A stretch of 32,000 bases of DNA. Origin: an uncultured Actinomycetes bacterium (GTDB lineage Bacteria; Actinomycetota; Actinomycetes; S36-B12; CAIYMF01). Position numbers and translations under genes: made by a program. Positions 15,224-24,110 of this stretch are shown here, piece after piece. How positions within the stretch are numbered: the first letter of the stretch is position 1; every line of letters begins with the position of its first letter. The notes beneath the pieces were generated by a model. It had not been told where the DNA came from. It was given only the letters and a program-made list of their open reading frames with translations, and did no database searches. The stretch lies in NCBI GenBank assembly GCA_963843975.1, contig CAWJMG010000003.1, positions 1,770,001 to 1,802,000 of the forward strand. Direction: 5' to 3'.

Positions 15224-16418
15224 ATGGGCCTCAGGTTCGGTTTCCTGTCCACCTATCCCCCGACGCAGTGCGGCATCGCGACGTTCGCCGAGTCGCTCGT
15301 CCGTCACCTGCACCGCTCCGGCGCCCACGTCGGCGTCGTCCGCCTTGTGGACGCGCCCGAGGTGCAGGTGCTCCCCGTCGTGCACCAGTGGGTCCGCGGC
15401 AAGCGTGGCGCCGAGATCGACGCGGCACTCGTGCTCGACGACTTCGACGTCGCGGTCGTGCAGCACGAGTACGGCATCTTCGGCGGGCCTGACGGCGAGG
15501 ACGTCCTCGACGTCGTCCAGCGCCTCAGCGTCCCGGTGATCACGGTCCTGCACACCGTGCTCACCAGCCCGACGCCCAACCAGCACCGCGTGCTCGCCTC
15601 GCTCGTCGACCGCTCGGCCGCGCTCGTCACGATGACGCAGACCGCCCGCGACCGGCTCATCGCCGGCTGGGACGTCGACCCGGCCAAGGTCACCGTGATC
15701 CCCCACGGTGCCGAGGACAACCGCACCGACCACCCGTCCCCGCTCGCCTCCGTCCCACTGCGCCCGACGGTGCTCACCTGGGGTCTGCTGTCCGAGGGCA
15801 AGGGCATCGAGTGGGCACTGCTCGCCCTCGCCGAGCTCCGCGAGACGACCGAGCTTCCCGCGCTACCAGGTGCTCGGTCGCACCCACCCGAAGGTGCTCG
15901 AGCGCGACGGCGAGGCCTACCGCGACAGCCTCGTGTCGATGACAGGTCACCTCGGCCTGGAGGACCACGTCGAGTTCGACAGCCGCTACCTCGCCGGGCC
16001 GGATCTCCGCCGCATCGTCAGCGAGGCGGACGTCGTCCTCCTGCCCTACGACTCGCTGCAGCAGGTCACCTCCGGCGTCCTCACCGAGGCGGTCGCCGCC
16101 GGCAAGCCCGTGATCAGCACGTCCTTCCCGCACGCGGTCGAGCTGCTGTCGGGCGGAGCGGGAATCCTTGTGCCGCAGCGGGATCCCGCTGCCCTGGCCG
16201 ATGCCCTCCGCCGCATCCTCACCGTGCCGGGCCTGCGCGACCACATGGCACGTGAGGCCCGCGGCCTGGCTGCCTCGCTCCTGTGGCCGGCCGTCGCCCA
16301 GCGCTACATCGACCTCGGCCGCGCCCAGGTCGGCCAAGGCCGGGTGGAGCTGTCCGAGCGCAGCCTCGCCAGCCACGGCGCCATCGAGCTCGGCGCCCAG
16401 CTGAGGTCGGCCGTCTGA
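15224..16418 (+). pseudogene. Glycosyltransferase family 4, split by one frameshift near 15845-15862 (pseudogene or indel error)
   Basis: The N-terminal half is in frame 15224 ('MGLRFGFLSTYPPTQCGIATF...TWGLLSEGKGIEWALLALAELRETTELP'). The sensible continuation is in frame 15708 ('PRYQVLGRTHPKVLERDGEAYRD...LLPYDSLQQVTSGVLTEAVAAGKPVISTSFPHAVELL'). After the junction, the original frame becomes Arg/Pro-rich junk. Confidence 0.8.
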
Positions 16419-17434
16419 TGCCGCGCACCCTCCAGCTCGCCCACCTCGCCCGCCTCACGACGAGGACGGGCCTCTGGGAGCACGCCCTCGGCACCGAGCC
16501 GCGGACCGAGCACGGCATGTGCGTCGACGACGTCGCGCGCGCCCTCGTGGTGACCGCACGGATCACCGCGCCGTCCGCCGACGTCGACACCATGACCCGC
16601 ACCTACCTGTCGTTCCTGCAGGCGGCGCTGCACGACGACGGCACGATGCACAACCGCCGCAACGCCGACGGCACGTGGGGCGACGACACGTCCACCCACG
16701 ACCACTGGGGTCGCGCGCTCTGGGCGTTCGGCACCGCGGCCGCGCACCTCGACGACCCGGTGCTCGCCGGCGACGCACGCATCGCCGCGGCCACCGCGAT
16801 GGGCACCCGCTCGGTGCACCCGCGGGCGATGGCCTACGCCGCAGTCGGTGCCGCGCAGCTGCTCACCGTCGCGCCCGACGACCTGCAGTCCCGCCGGATC
16901 ATGCTGGACGCGCGCCGCCTCATGCGCCCCGCCCAGGCCGACGCCGCCTGGCCGTGGCCCTGGGGGCGGCTGACCTACGCGAACGCCGTGATCCCGCAGG
17001 CCATGGTGATCATCGGCCGCCATCTCGAGGCGCACGACCTCGAGCGCGACGGCCTGCGCCTTCTCGGCTGGCTCGTCGACGAGCAGACCCTCGACGGCCA
17101 TCTGTCGATGTCCCCCGCCGCCGGCCGCGCTGCCGGCGACCACCGCCCGGCGTTCGACCAGCAGCCCATCGAGGTCGCGGCGCTCGCCGAGGCGGCTCGC
17201 ACGGCGTACGAGCTGACGGGCGAGGCCCGCTGGACCGACGTGATCGAGCAGTGCGTGCGCTGGTTCGAGGGAGACAACGACAGCTCGGCGGCCATGCGCG
17301 ACCAGGAGACCGGTGGCGGGTACGACGGGCTCGAGGACGGCGGCGTCAACCAGAACCAGGGGGCCGAGTCCACGCTGGCCTGGCTCGCGACCCTGCAGCT
17401 GTCCCAGCTCGATGCGCTGGCAGGCGTCCGATGA
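16418..17434 (+). CDS. Conserved hypothetical protein, alpha-helical; possibly a six-hairpin (alpha/alpha) glycan-binding or glycosidase-like fold
   Basis: The ATG overlaps the upstream stop (TGATG at 16416-16420) and the stop overlaps the next start (ATGA at 17431-17434), so it is translationally coupled within the glycan operon. The composition is helix-rich with repeated aromatic/acidic positions ('GLWEHA', 'HDHWGRALWAFG', 'WPWPWGRLTYANA'). The fold assignment is a guess. Confidence 0.55.
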   Translation: MPRTLQLAHLARLTTRTGLWEHALGTEPRTEHGMCVDDVARALVVTARITAPSADVDTMTRTYLSFLQAALHDDGTMHNRRNADGTWGDDTSTHDHWGRALWAFGTAAAHLDDPVLAGDARIAAATAMGTRSVHPRAMAYAAVGAAQLLTVAPDDLQSRRIMLDARRLMRPAQADAAWPWPWGRLTYANAVIPQAMVIIGRHLEAHDLERDGLRLLGWLVDEQTLDGHLSMSPAAGRAAGDHRPAFDQQPIEVAALAEAARTAYELTGEARWTDVIEQCVRWFEGDNDSSAAMRDQETGGGYDGLEDGGVNQNQGAESTLAWLATLQLSQLDALAGVR

Positions 17435-18948
17435 CGGTCACGAGCACCAGCACCTGGGTGCGGCGAACCGAGCACGTCATCCATCCGGACCACTCCCGGG
17501 TCGTCGCGCGGCTGTTCCTGCCCGGTCAGGAGATGGCAGCGCTCGGGGTGTCTCGCTCCGAGGCCGTGATCCACCGTGCCCTCGCCCTCACCGACGACGA
17601 GGTCGACGAGGAGCTGCGCGCCGTCTACGACTCGTTCGTCGGTCGGCACCGCGGCCTCCTGGCGACGTGGGAGTCGCACTTCGCCCTGCTCGAGCACCGC
17701 ATCACCGACCACGAGCCGCCCTCCCTGGCACGCCGGCGGCTGATCGGCGCGTACTTCACCCAGGAGTACTCGGTGGAGGGCGCAGCCCTGTTCAACCCGT
17801 CCATGGCGCTGCACCCGGACCAGACCGGTATGCCGGTGGGCTCGGCCCGTTTCGTGATGACCGTCCGCGCCGTCGGCGAGGGGCACATCTCGAGCATCGA
17901 GCTGCGCACCGGCACGGTGACGGCGACGGGCGAGATCACGCTCGATCCGCCACCCACCGTCGCCGTGCTCGCCAACTTCCGGCCGGCGCACTACCTGCGC
18001 AGCGCCTTCGAGAACCAGCTCGTCGACATGTGGGGCGACCGCACGAACTCGGACTTCGTCCTCGACGCGCTGCCCGAGACGTTCAGCCGTGCCGAGCTCG
18101 ACCTCGCGCTGCAGAACCTGCGCGACCAGCGCCTCACCCGTGGAGCGGCGACCAGGACCATCGAGCGTTTCGAGTGGATCGCCGGCTGCTCGTACACGGT
18201 GGAGTTCCCCCCGTCGTCCGACGCCCAGGAGCGCGTGCTGATGCCGCGCGGCCCGTCCGAGGCCAAGGGGATGGAGGACGTCCGGCTGGTCCGGTTCGCT
18301 CGTGAGGACGGCGGCTGGGACTACGTCGGCACCTACACGGCCTACGACGGCGCGCGCATCTCCACGCAGATGATCGGCACCCGCGACTTCCGCTCCTTCA
18401 CGATCACGCGCCTCTCCGGCCCCGGCTCGCGCAACAAGGGGCTCGCCCTCTTCCCCCGGAAGATCGAGGGGCGGTACGTCGCGATGTCGCGCGCCGACCG
18501 CGAGAGCAACGGCATCACGACGTCCAGCGACCTTCAGCACTGGGACGAGCCGGTGCTCGTGCAGACGCCCGAGCAGCCGTGGGAGATCGTCCAGCTCGGC
18601 AACTGCGGGCCGCCTATCGAGACCGAGGCCGGCTGGCTCGTGCTGACCCACGGCGTCGGTCCGATGCGGCAGTACGGGATCGGCGCGCTGCTGCTCGACC
18701 TCGACGACCCCACCGTGGTGCTCGGCCGCCTCATGCAGCCGCTGCTCACGCCCGACGCCGACGAGCGCGACGGCTACGTGCCGAACGTCGTGTACTCCTG
18801 CGGCGCGATGCTGCACGGGCGCACGCTCGTGCTGCCCTACGGCAGCAGCGACTCGGCAACCCGATTCGCCCTCGTCGACCTCGACCCGCTGCTCGCCGAG
18901 CTCGCGGCGCACCCCGGCCTCACCACGCCTCACGAGGACCCCCGATGA
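17431..18948 (+). CDS. GH130-family-like (DUF377, beta-mannoside phosphorylase/hydrolase family) protein with an N-terminal extension of about 270 aa of unknown function
   Basis: The C-terminal ~230 aa match the five-bladed GH130 pattern: 'GMEDVRLVRF', 'TYTAYDG', 'NKGLALFPRKIEGRYVAMSR', 'GPPIETEAGWLVLTHGVG...YGIGALLLDLDDP', 'PNVVYSCGAM...LVLPYGSSDS'. I do not recognise the N-terminal part. Confidence 0.78.
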   Translation: MTVTSTSTWVRRTEHVIHPDHSRVVARLFLPGQEMAALGVSRSEAVIHRALALTDDEVDEELRAVYDSFVGRHRGLLATWESHFALLEHRITDHEPPSLARRRLIGAYFTQEYSVEGAALFNPSMALHPDQTGMPVGSARFVMTVRAVGEGHISSIELRTGTVTATGEITLDPPPTVAVLANFRPAHYLRSAFENQLVDMWGDRTNSDFVLDALPETFSRAELDLALQNLRDQRLTRGAATRTIERFEWIAGCSYTVEFPPSSDAQERVLMPRGPSEAKGMEDVRLVRFAREDGGWDYVGTYTAYDGARISTQMIGTRDFRSFTITRLSGPGSRNKGLALFPRKIEGRYVAMSRADRESNGITTSSDLQHWDEPVLVQTPEQPWEIVQLGNCGPPIETEAGWLVLTHGVGPMRQYGIGALLLDLDDPTVVLGRLMQPLLTPDADERDGYVPNVVYSCGAMLHGRTLVLPYGSSDSATRFALVDLDPLLAELAAHPGLTTPHEDPR

Positions 18949-19403
18949 CGAACCCCACCGGGCTCCGGCCCAGCAACAACCCGTTCCTCGCACCCCCGGT
19001 CGACGCGGACGCTCCGGACGCCGAGCACCTGGTCGCGGCCCGACAGGACAAGCCCTGGGGGCACGAGATCCTGTTCGCAGACGGCAGCAACGGCTACGTC
19101 GGCAAGCTCATCCACGTCACCGCCGGACGGTCGCTGAGCCTGCAGCTGCACCACCGCAAGGACGAGACCATCAGCGTGATCAGCGGCGAGATCCAGTTCG
19201 AGGCGGGGCTCTCCGCCGCTCTGCTCGAGCGCACCACGATGATCGCGGGCGACACCGTGCACGTGCCCGCGAACGTCATCCACCGCATCACGGCTGTCAG
19301 GGACGCCGTGCTCGTCGAGGCGTCCACGGCCGGCGTCGGGTGGCAGCACGACGTCGTCCGGCTGTCCGACGACTACGGCCGCGGCGGAACCTCCGCACCC
19401 TGA
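18945..19403 (+). CDS. Cupin-domain protein (type II mannose-6-phosphate-isomerase-like cupin)
   Basis: 'KPWGHEILFA...YVGKLIHVTAGRSLSLQLHHRKDETISVISGE...GDTVHVPANVIHRI...DVVRLSDDYGR' follows the WG-x-E ... SLQ-H-x-R-x-E ... H-R ... D-x-R-x-D-DYGR pattern of that cupin family. Start overlaps the upstream stop (ATGA). Confidence 0.75.
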   Translation: MTNPTGLRPSNNPFLAPPVDADAPDAEHLVAARQDKPWGHEILFADGSNGYVGKLIHVTAGRSLSLQLHHRKDETISVISGEIQFEAGLSAALLERTTMIAGDTVHVPANVIHRITAVRDAVLVEASTAGVGWQHDVVRLSDDYGRGGTSAP

Positions 19404-19427
19404 GGCATCGGCACCTAGGGTCGTCAG

Positions 19428-20696
19428 GTGACCTACTCCGCCGAAGCAGCGACGCCGCTCACCAACTGGGCCCGCAACGTCACGTTCGCGCCGGCATCGC
19501 TGGCGCGACCCGCGTCGATCGACGAGCTGCGCGACGTCGTCGCCTCGGCCGACCGGGTGCGCGCGCTCGGCACCGGCCACTCGTTCTCGCGCGTCGCCGA
19601 CACCGACGGGGTGCTCGTGCAGCTCGACGCGCTGCCTCCCGTGCTCGACGTCGATGCGCGCACGTCGACGGTCACCGTCAGCGCCGGCACTCGGTGGGGC
19701 GAGCTCGCACCCGCCGTGCACGCGCACGGCCTCGCCCTCCACAACATGGGCTCGCTGCCGCACATCTCTGTCGCGGGGTCGGCATCGACCGGCACGCACG
19801 GCTCGGGCAGCGGGCTCGGCTGCCTCGCCACCGCCGTCCGCTCGCTCGACCTTGTGACCGCCGACGGCTCGCTCCTGACGGTCTCGCGGGGCGACGCCGA
19901 CTTCGACGGCAGCGTGGTGGCGCTCGGATCGCTCGGCGTCGTCACGTCGCTCGTGCTCGACCTCGAGCCGGCCTACGACATCGAGCAGACGGTCTGGGAC
20001 GGGCTCCCGTTCGACGTCGCCGTCGAGCGGTTCGACGACGTGATGGGGGCCGCGCACAGCGTCAGCCTGTTCACCACGTGGCGCGGCGAGGGCTTCGAGC
20101 AGGTCTGGGTGAAGCGCCGTACCGACGGTGACCCGGTGGACCTCGGCTGGACCGGAGCGCGTCCGGCGGACGGCCCGCGCCATCCCGTGCCCGGTGTCTC
20201 GACGGAGGCGTGCACCGAGCAGGGCGGTGTGAGTGGCCCGTGGTTCGAGCGGCTCCCGCACTTCCGGCTCGACTTCACGCCGAGCAGCGGGGACGAGCTC
20301 CAGACCGAGTACATGGTGCCGAGATCCCAGGCACGCGAGGCGCTCGAGGCCGTGAGCCGGATCGCGGAGGTCGTCGCCCCCGTGGTGCAGGTCAGCGAGA
20401 TCCGCACGGTCGCAGGTGACGACCTGTGGCTCAGCCCGTGCCAGGGGCGCGACACGGTCTGCATCCACTTCACCTGGGTCGACGACGCAGAGGCGGTGGC
20501 ACCGGCCGTCCTCGCGGTCGAGAGCGAGCTCGCGCCGTACGCCGCGCGACCGCACTGGGGCAAGGTGTTCAGCAGCGACCCCGCCGTCGTCCGCTCGCTC
20601 TATCCGCGCCTCGCCGCCTTCGAGGCGCTGCGCGCACGGCTCGACCCTGAAGGCGTCTTCGCGAACGCGTTCGTCGACCGCTACCTGCCGCGCTGA
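19428..20696 (+). CDS. FAD-binding oxidase of the VAO/PCMH family with an ALO-type C-terminal domain (alditol oxidase / aldonolactone oxidase-like)
   Basis: 'TNWARNVTF' N-terminus, 'RALGTGHSFS' (the His is the covalent-FAD position in this family), 'GSASTGTHGSG' and the C-terminal 'RPHWGKVF ... LDPEGVFANAF'. Confidence 0.85.
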   Translation: MTYSAEAATPLTNWARNVTFAPASLARPASIDELRDVVASADRVRALGTGHSFSRVADTDGVLVQLDALPPVLDVDARTSTVTVSAGTRWGELAPAVHAHGLALHNMGSLPHISVAGSASTGTHGSGSGLGCLATAVRSLDLVTADGSLLTVSRGDADFDGSVVALGSLGVVTSLVLDLEPAYDIEQTVWDGLPFDVAVERFDDVMGAAHSVSLFTTWRGEGFEQVWVKRRTDGDPVDLGWTGARPADGPRHPVPGVSTEACTEQGGVSGPWFERLPHFRLDFTPSSGDELQTEYMVPRSQAREALEAVSRIAEVVAPVVQVSEIRTVAGDDLWLSPCQGRDTVCIHFTWVDDAEAVAPAVLAVESELAPYAARPHWGKVFSSDPAVVRSLYPRLAAFEALRARLDPEGVFANAFVDRYLPR

Positions 20697-20713
20697 CCTA
20701 CGGCGTCAGCGCG
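20689..20713. terminator. 9-bp-stem hairpin between convergent genes, with both stop codons inside the stem arms (possible bidirectional terminator)
   Basis: CGCGCTGAC (20689-20697) and GTCAGCGCG (20705-20713) are reverse complements around the 7-nt loop CTACGGC. TGA at 20694-20696 ends the plus-strand gene and TCA at 20706-20708 ends the minus-strand gene. There are no U-tracts. Confidence 0.3.
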
Positions 20714-23043
20714 CCGCGAACGCGGTGAGGAAGCGGTCGCGGAACGACTCCATCGGCCACACCGGCGCAGACGCGCCGGGGCGCATGCCGTCCGTCCACC
20801 CCCACCCGTCGGTCCGCGCCAGCACGGCGGGGTCGCGCGTCACGATCGTGATCGGCACGTCCAGGCTCGCCCCGAGGCCGGACACCACCGTCGAGGGCTG
20901 GTGGTCGCCGAGCAGCACGAGCACGAGGTCGTCGTCGCCGTACGTCTCGACGTACTCGACGAGCACCTGCAGCGAGTAGGCGACTGAGGCGGCGTAGGCG
21001 TCGCGGATCCGCGCGGAGTCGGAGAACACCTCCTCCGGCGTCGACCCGCGCTCGGGCATGCCCTGGAACACCGAGCCGTCACCGACCTCGTCCCAGGGCA
21101 CGAGCGTGGGCAGCGGCGCCCACGGCGTGTGGCTCGAGACGAGGTCGATCTCGGCCATCACGGGCGCCCGGTCGGACGCCGCGAGCTCGAGCCGGTGCAG
21201 CGACGAGAGGACGTACTGGTCGGGCATGGGGGCATAGCTGAAACGCGGCCCGGCGTACCCGACGTTGAACTGGTCGTAGATCTGGTCGTAGCCGTAGAAC
21301 GTGGAGCCCTCGGGCCACGCCTTCTCGTTCGCCGGCGCGTCGGCCACCGTGCGCCAGCCCGCCTCGCGGAAGGCACGCGCGAGCGTGAGCCGGTCGCCGG
21401 CGATGAGGGCGTCGTAGCGCTGCTGGTTGCCCACGTGCAGGCCCGACTCGAGGGTCGCGTGGGCGAGCCAGCTGGCGCCGCCGAACGTCGAGGACGTGAG
21501 GTACGCGCTGCGCGTCGACCAGCCGCGGGCGGCGAGCGACGCCGTGCCGGAATCCAGCACGCTCAGCACCTTCTGCGAGTAGGGCGCCCCCTCCACCGCG
21601 ACGCGGCCGTAGCTCTCGACGAACGCGATGAGCACGTCCTTGCCGCGCAGACCGGCGAGCCGGTCCGCGGGTGCGACGTCGGCGAAGGCGTCGTCGGCGA
21701 CGAGGGTCGCGAAGGCGGCAGGGTCGCGCAGTCCGTCGCCGACCTCGACCACGCGCTCGCCCGCGATCTGAGTGGCACTGGCCGAGGCAACGGGCCCGGC
21801 CGGCCCGAGCTGCGACCCGACCACGGCGAGCACTACCCAGGCGGCGGCGAAGGCGAGAGCGCCGCGCCGCGACCGCACCTGGTGCCGCGACACGATGCGC
21901 GCGAGGCGCACGCAGGCCATCGGCAGGGCGATCAGCAGCACGAGGATGAGCGCCCCGACCACGGTCAGCGCGATGGTCGCCCGCTGCTGGCCCACGGCCG
22001 AGCCGAGGACGCCGACGCCCGCGCCGAGGTAGCGCCAGTCGAAGACCGGGTCGAACGGCCTGCCGAGCGCGGCGAAGAACCCCATGTCGAGCAGGCGCAC
22101 GACCGTGAGGAGGCCGAGCATCACCCCGACGACGACGGCCACGGGCGAGCGCAGCCTCGTCGGTAGCAGCAGTGCGAGCGCGACGAGCGCGACCAGCTCG
22201 AGAGGCAGTCGGAGGAAGGCGGACGCCGTGACGAGCTGGGCCTGGTCCGGCAGCAGCAGCGCCACCCACAGCAGCAGGAACGAGACGACGGTCAGCACCA
22301 CTTCCACGACGCGGTGACGGGTGCGGGGAACCACCGGGAGCGGGCCGGCCGGCTCGCGCCGGTGCCGCCACAGCCACACCACGTCGCGCCCGAACGACTC
22401 CGCCAGCAGCACGATCGCGACGACCAGCCAGCCGACCACGACCGGCTGCGGCAGGGCGGCCGTCGCGGCGACGACGAGCACGATGCCCTGGACCGCTGCG
22501 ACCACCTTGCGCCAGTACCTCGGCTGCAGCGGCCGCCGCATCCACGGCGCGAGCCACGTGGCCACGACGTACACGTAGCGGGCGAGCCCGATCACGAGGA
22601 CCCACCAGCCGACCGTGCGGCCGACGTACGCCGACAGCACGAGCAGCAGGAAGGCGTCGACCTCCATGTCGAACCGGGCGCCGAGCGTCGGAGGCGGTGC
22701 GCGTGCGGCGGGCGAGCCATCCGTCGACGGCGTCGAGCGCGAGGGCCGCGAGGGTCACGAGCACCACGGCGGAGGGCGCGACCGTCGTCGACGACGACTG
22801 CACGGTGAGGGCGACGACGCCCGCGACGAGCGAGGCACGGACGAGGGTCACGAGGTCGGCCGGCCCGAGGCGCTCGAGGCCGCGCGACCGCATCGCCCGC
22901 ACGAGAAGCGCAGCGGTCGCCACAGACACGGCGAGGCCGAGCGCCCAGGCGCGCGCGTCTATCCCCGCCACGGCGTCGAGCACGCCGAGCACCCCGGCGG
23001 AGACCACCGGTCCGGCCGCCGGGCCGAGCGGAACCCTGCGCAC
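20706..23043 (-). pseudogene. CDP-alcohol phosphatidyltransferase (N-terminal, polytopic) fused to an alkaline-phosphatase-superfamily sulfatase/LtaS-like ectodomain; split by one frameshift inside the CDP-alcohol motif (about 22682-22692)
   Basis: The signature D-G-x2-A-R-x8-G-x3-D-x3-D is divided between two frames: 'LDAVDGWLARRTRTAS' in frame 23256 and 'LGARFDMEVDAFLLLVLS' in frame 22667. The listed ORF 20706..22667 therefore starts artificially at the Met inside the motif. The C-terminal domain has AP-superfamily metal and nucleophile positions: 'LIAFVESYG', 'SSTFGGASW', 'LVSSHTPW' and 'VLLGDHQP'. Proposed start is GTG 23043, with GGAGG 6 nt upstream. Confidence 0.8.
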
Positions 23044-23119
23044 GCCGCCTCCGTTCCTGATACCAACGGGGACAACGTAGGTCGCCCCGCCCGAGAGCGC
23101 GGCAGGGCGGTGGGATTGG

Positions 23120-24110
23120 GTGGTGCCTGTGGGCGAGGAGCGGGCGTACTGGACGGCTGGCCCCGGCGTGGGCGAGATCCGGCTGGCGCACGTCCCTCTG
23201 CCCTCGTCCGACGAGGTCCGCGTGCGCACCATCGCGTCGGGCATCAGCCGCGGCACCGAGTCGCTGGTGCACCGCGGCGGCGTCCCGGAGTCGCTGCGCG
23301 CGTCGATGCGGGCGCCGTTCCAGGAGGGCGACCTCCCCGGTCCCGTGAAGTACGGCTACCTCAGCGTCGGCGTCGTCGAGGCCGGGCCGGCAGACCTCCT
23401 CGGCCGCCGAGTGTTCTGCCTGCACCCCCATCAGACGGCGTACGTCGTCCCCGCCTCCGTCGTGCACCTCGTGCCCGACGACGTCCCCTCCCGGCGCGCG
23501 GTGCTGGCCGGCACGGTCGAGACCGCGGTGAACGCCCTGTGGGACGCGGCGCCGCTCGTGGGCGACCGCGTCGCCGTCGTGGGCGCCGGGATGGTCGGGT
23601 GCGCGGTGGCACGCCTCCTCGCGCGCATCCCCGGCGTCGAGGTGACACTGGTCGACGTCGATCCCTCGCGCGCAGAGGCTGGCGGCGGCGCTCGGCATCG
23701 CCTTCGCCCTGCCCAGCGACGCACCGCGCGACCTCGACCTCGTCGTGCACGCCAGCGCGACCGGGGCGGGCCTGCAGCTCTCGCTCGACCTGCTCGCCGC
23801 CGAGGCCGAGGTGGTCGACCTCAGCTGGTACGGCGACACCCCCGTGCAGCTCTCGCTCGGCGAGGCGTTCCACCAGCGCCGGCTCGCGGTGCGCGCCAGC
23901 CAGGTGGGCACGATCGCGCGGGCGCGCGCGGGACGGCGTACCTATGCGGACCGGCTCGCCCTGGCCCTGGATCTCCTGCGCGACGACGCTTTCGACGCGC
24001 TGCTGACCGGCGAGTCGGACTTCGACGACCTGCCCGTCGTGATGCCGAAGATCGCGGACGGAAGCCTCCCCGCCATCTGCCACACCGTCACGTACGAGCG
24101 GAGCGCGTGA
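23120..24110 (+). pseudogene. Zinc-type medium-chain dehydrogenase/reductase (MDR) family protein, split by one frameshift near 23668-23680
   Basis: The N-terminal GroES-like part and Rossmann motif '[20 protein letters not shown]...[13 protein letters not shown]' are in frame 23120. The sensible continuation '[40 protein letters not shown]...' is in frame 23745 and ends at TGA 24108-24110. Confidence 0.8.

Noticed and set aside
16975-20555. Antisense ORFs of 672 aa (16975..18993) and 541 aa (18930..20555)
   Set aside because: They are antisense to genes with clear GH130, cupin and VAO-family motifs, and their own translations are Arg/Gly/Asp/Val-rich without motifs.
21079-23256. 725-aa minus-strand ORF treated as one gene
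   Set aside because: Only its segment from about 23043 to 22690 is meaningful (TM helices plus 'DAVDGWLARRTRTAS'). Downstream it is Arg/Pro/Gly junk, because the real reading frame shifts to that of 20706..22667.
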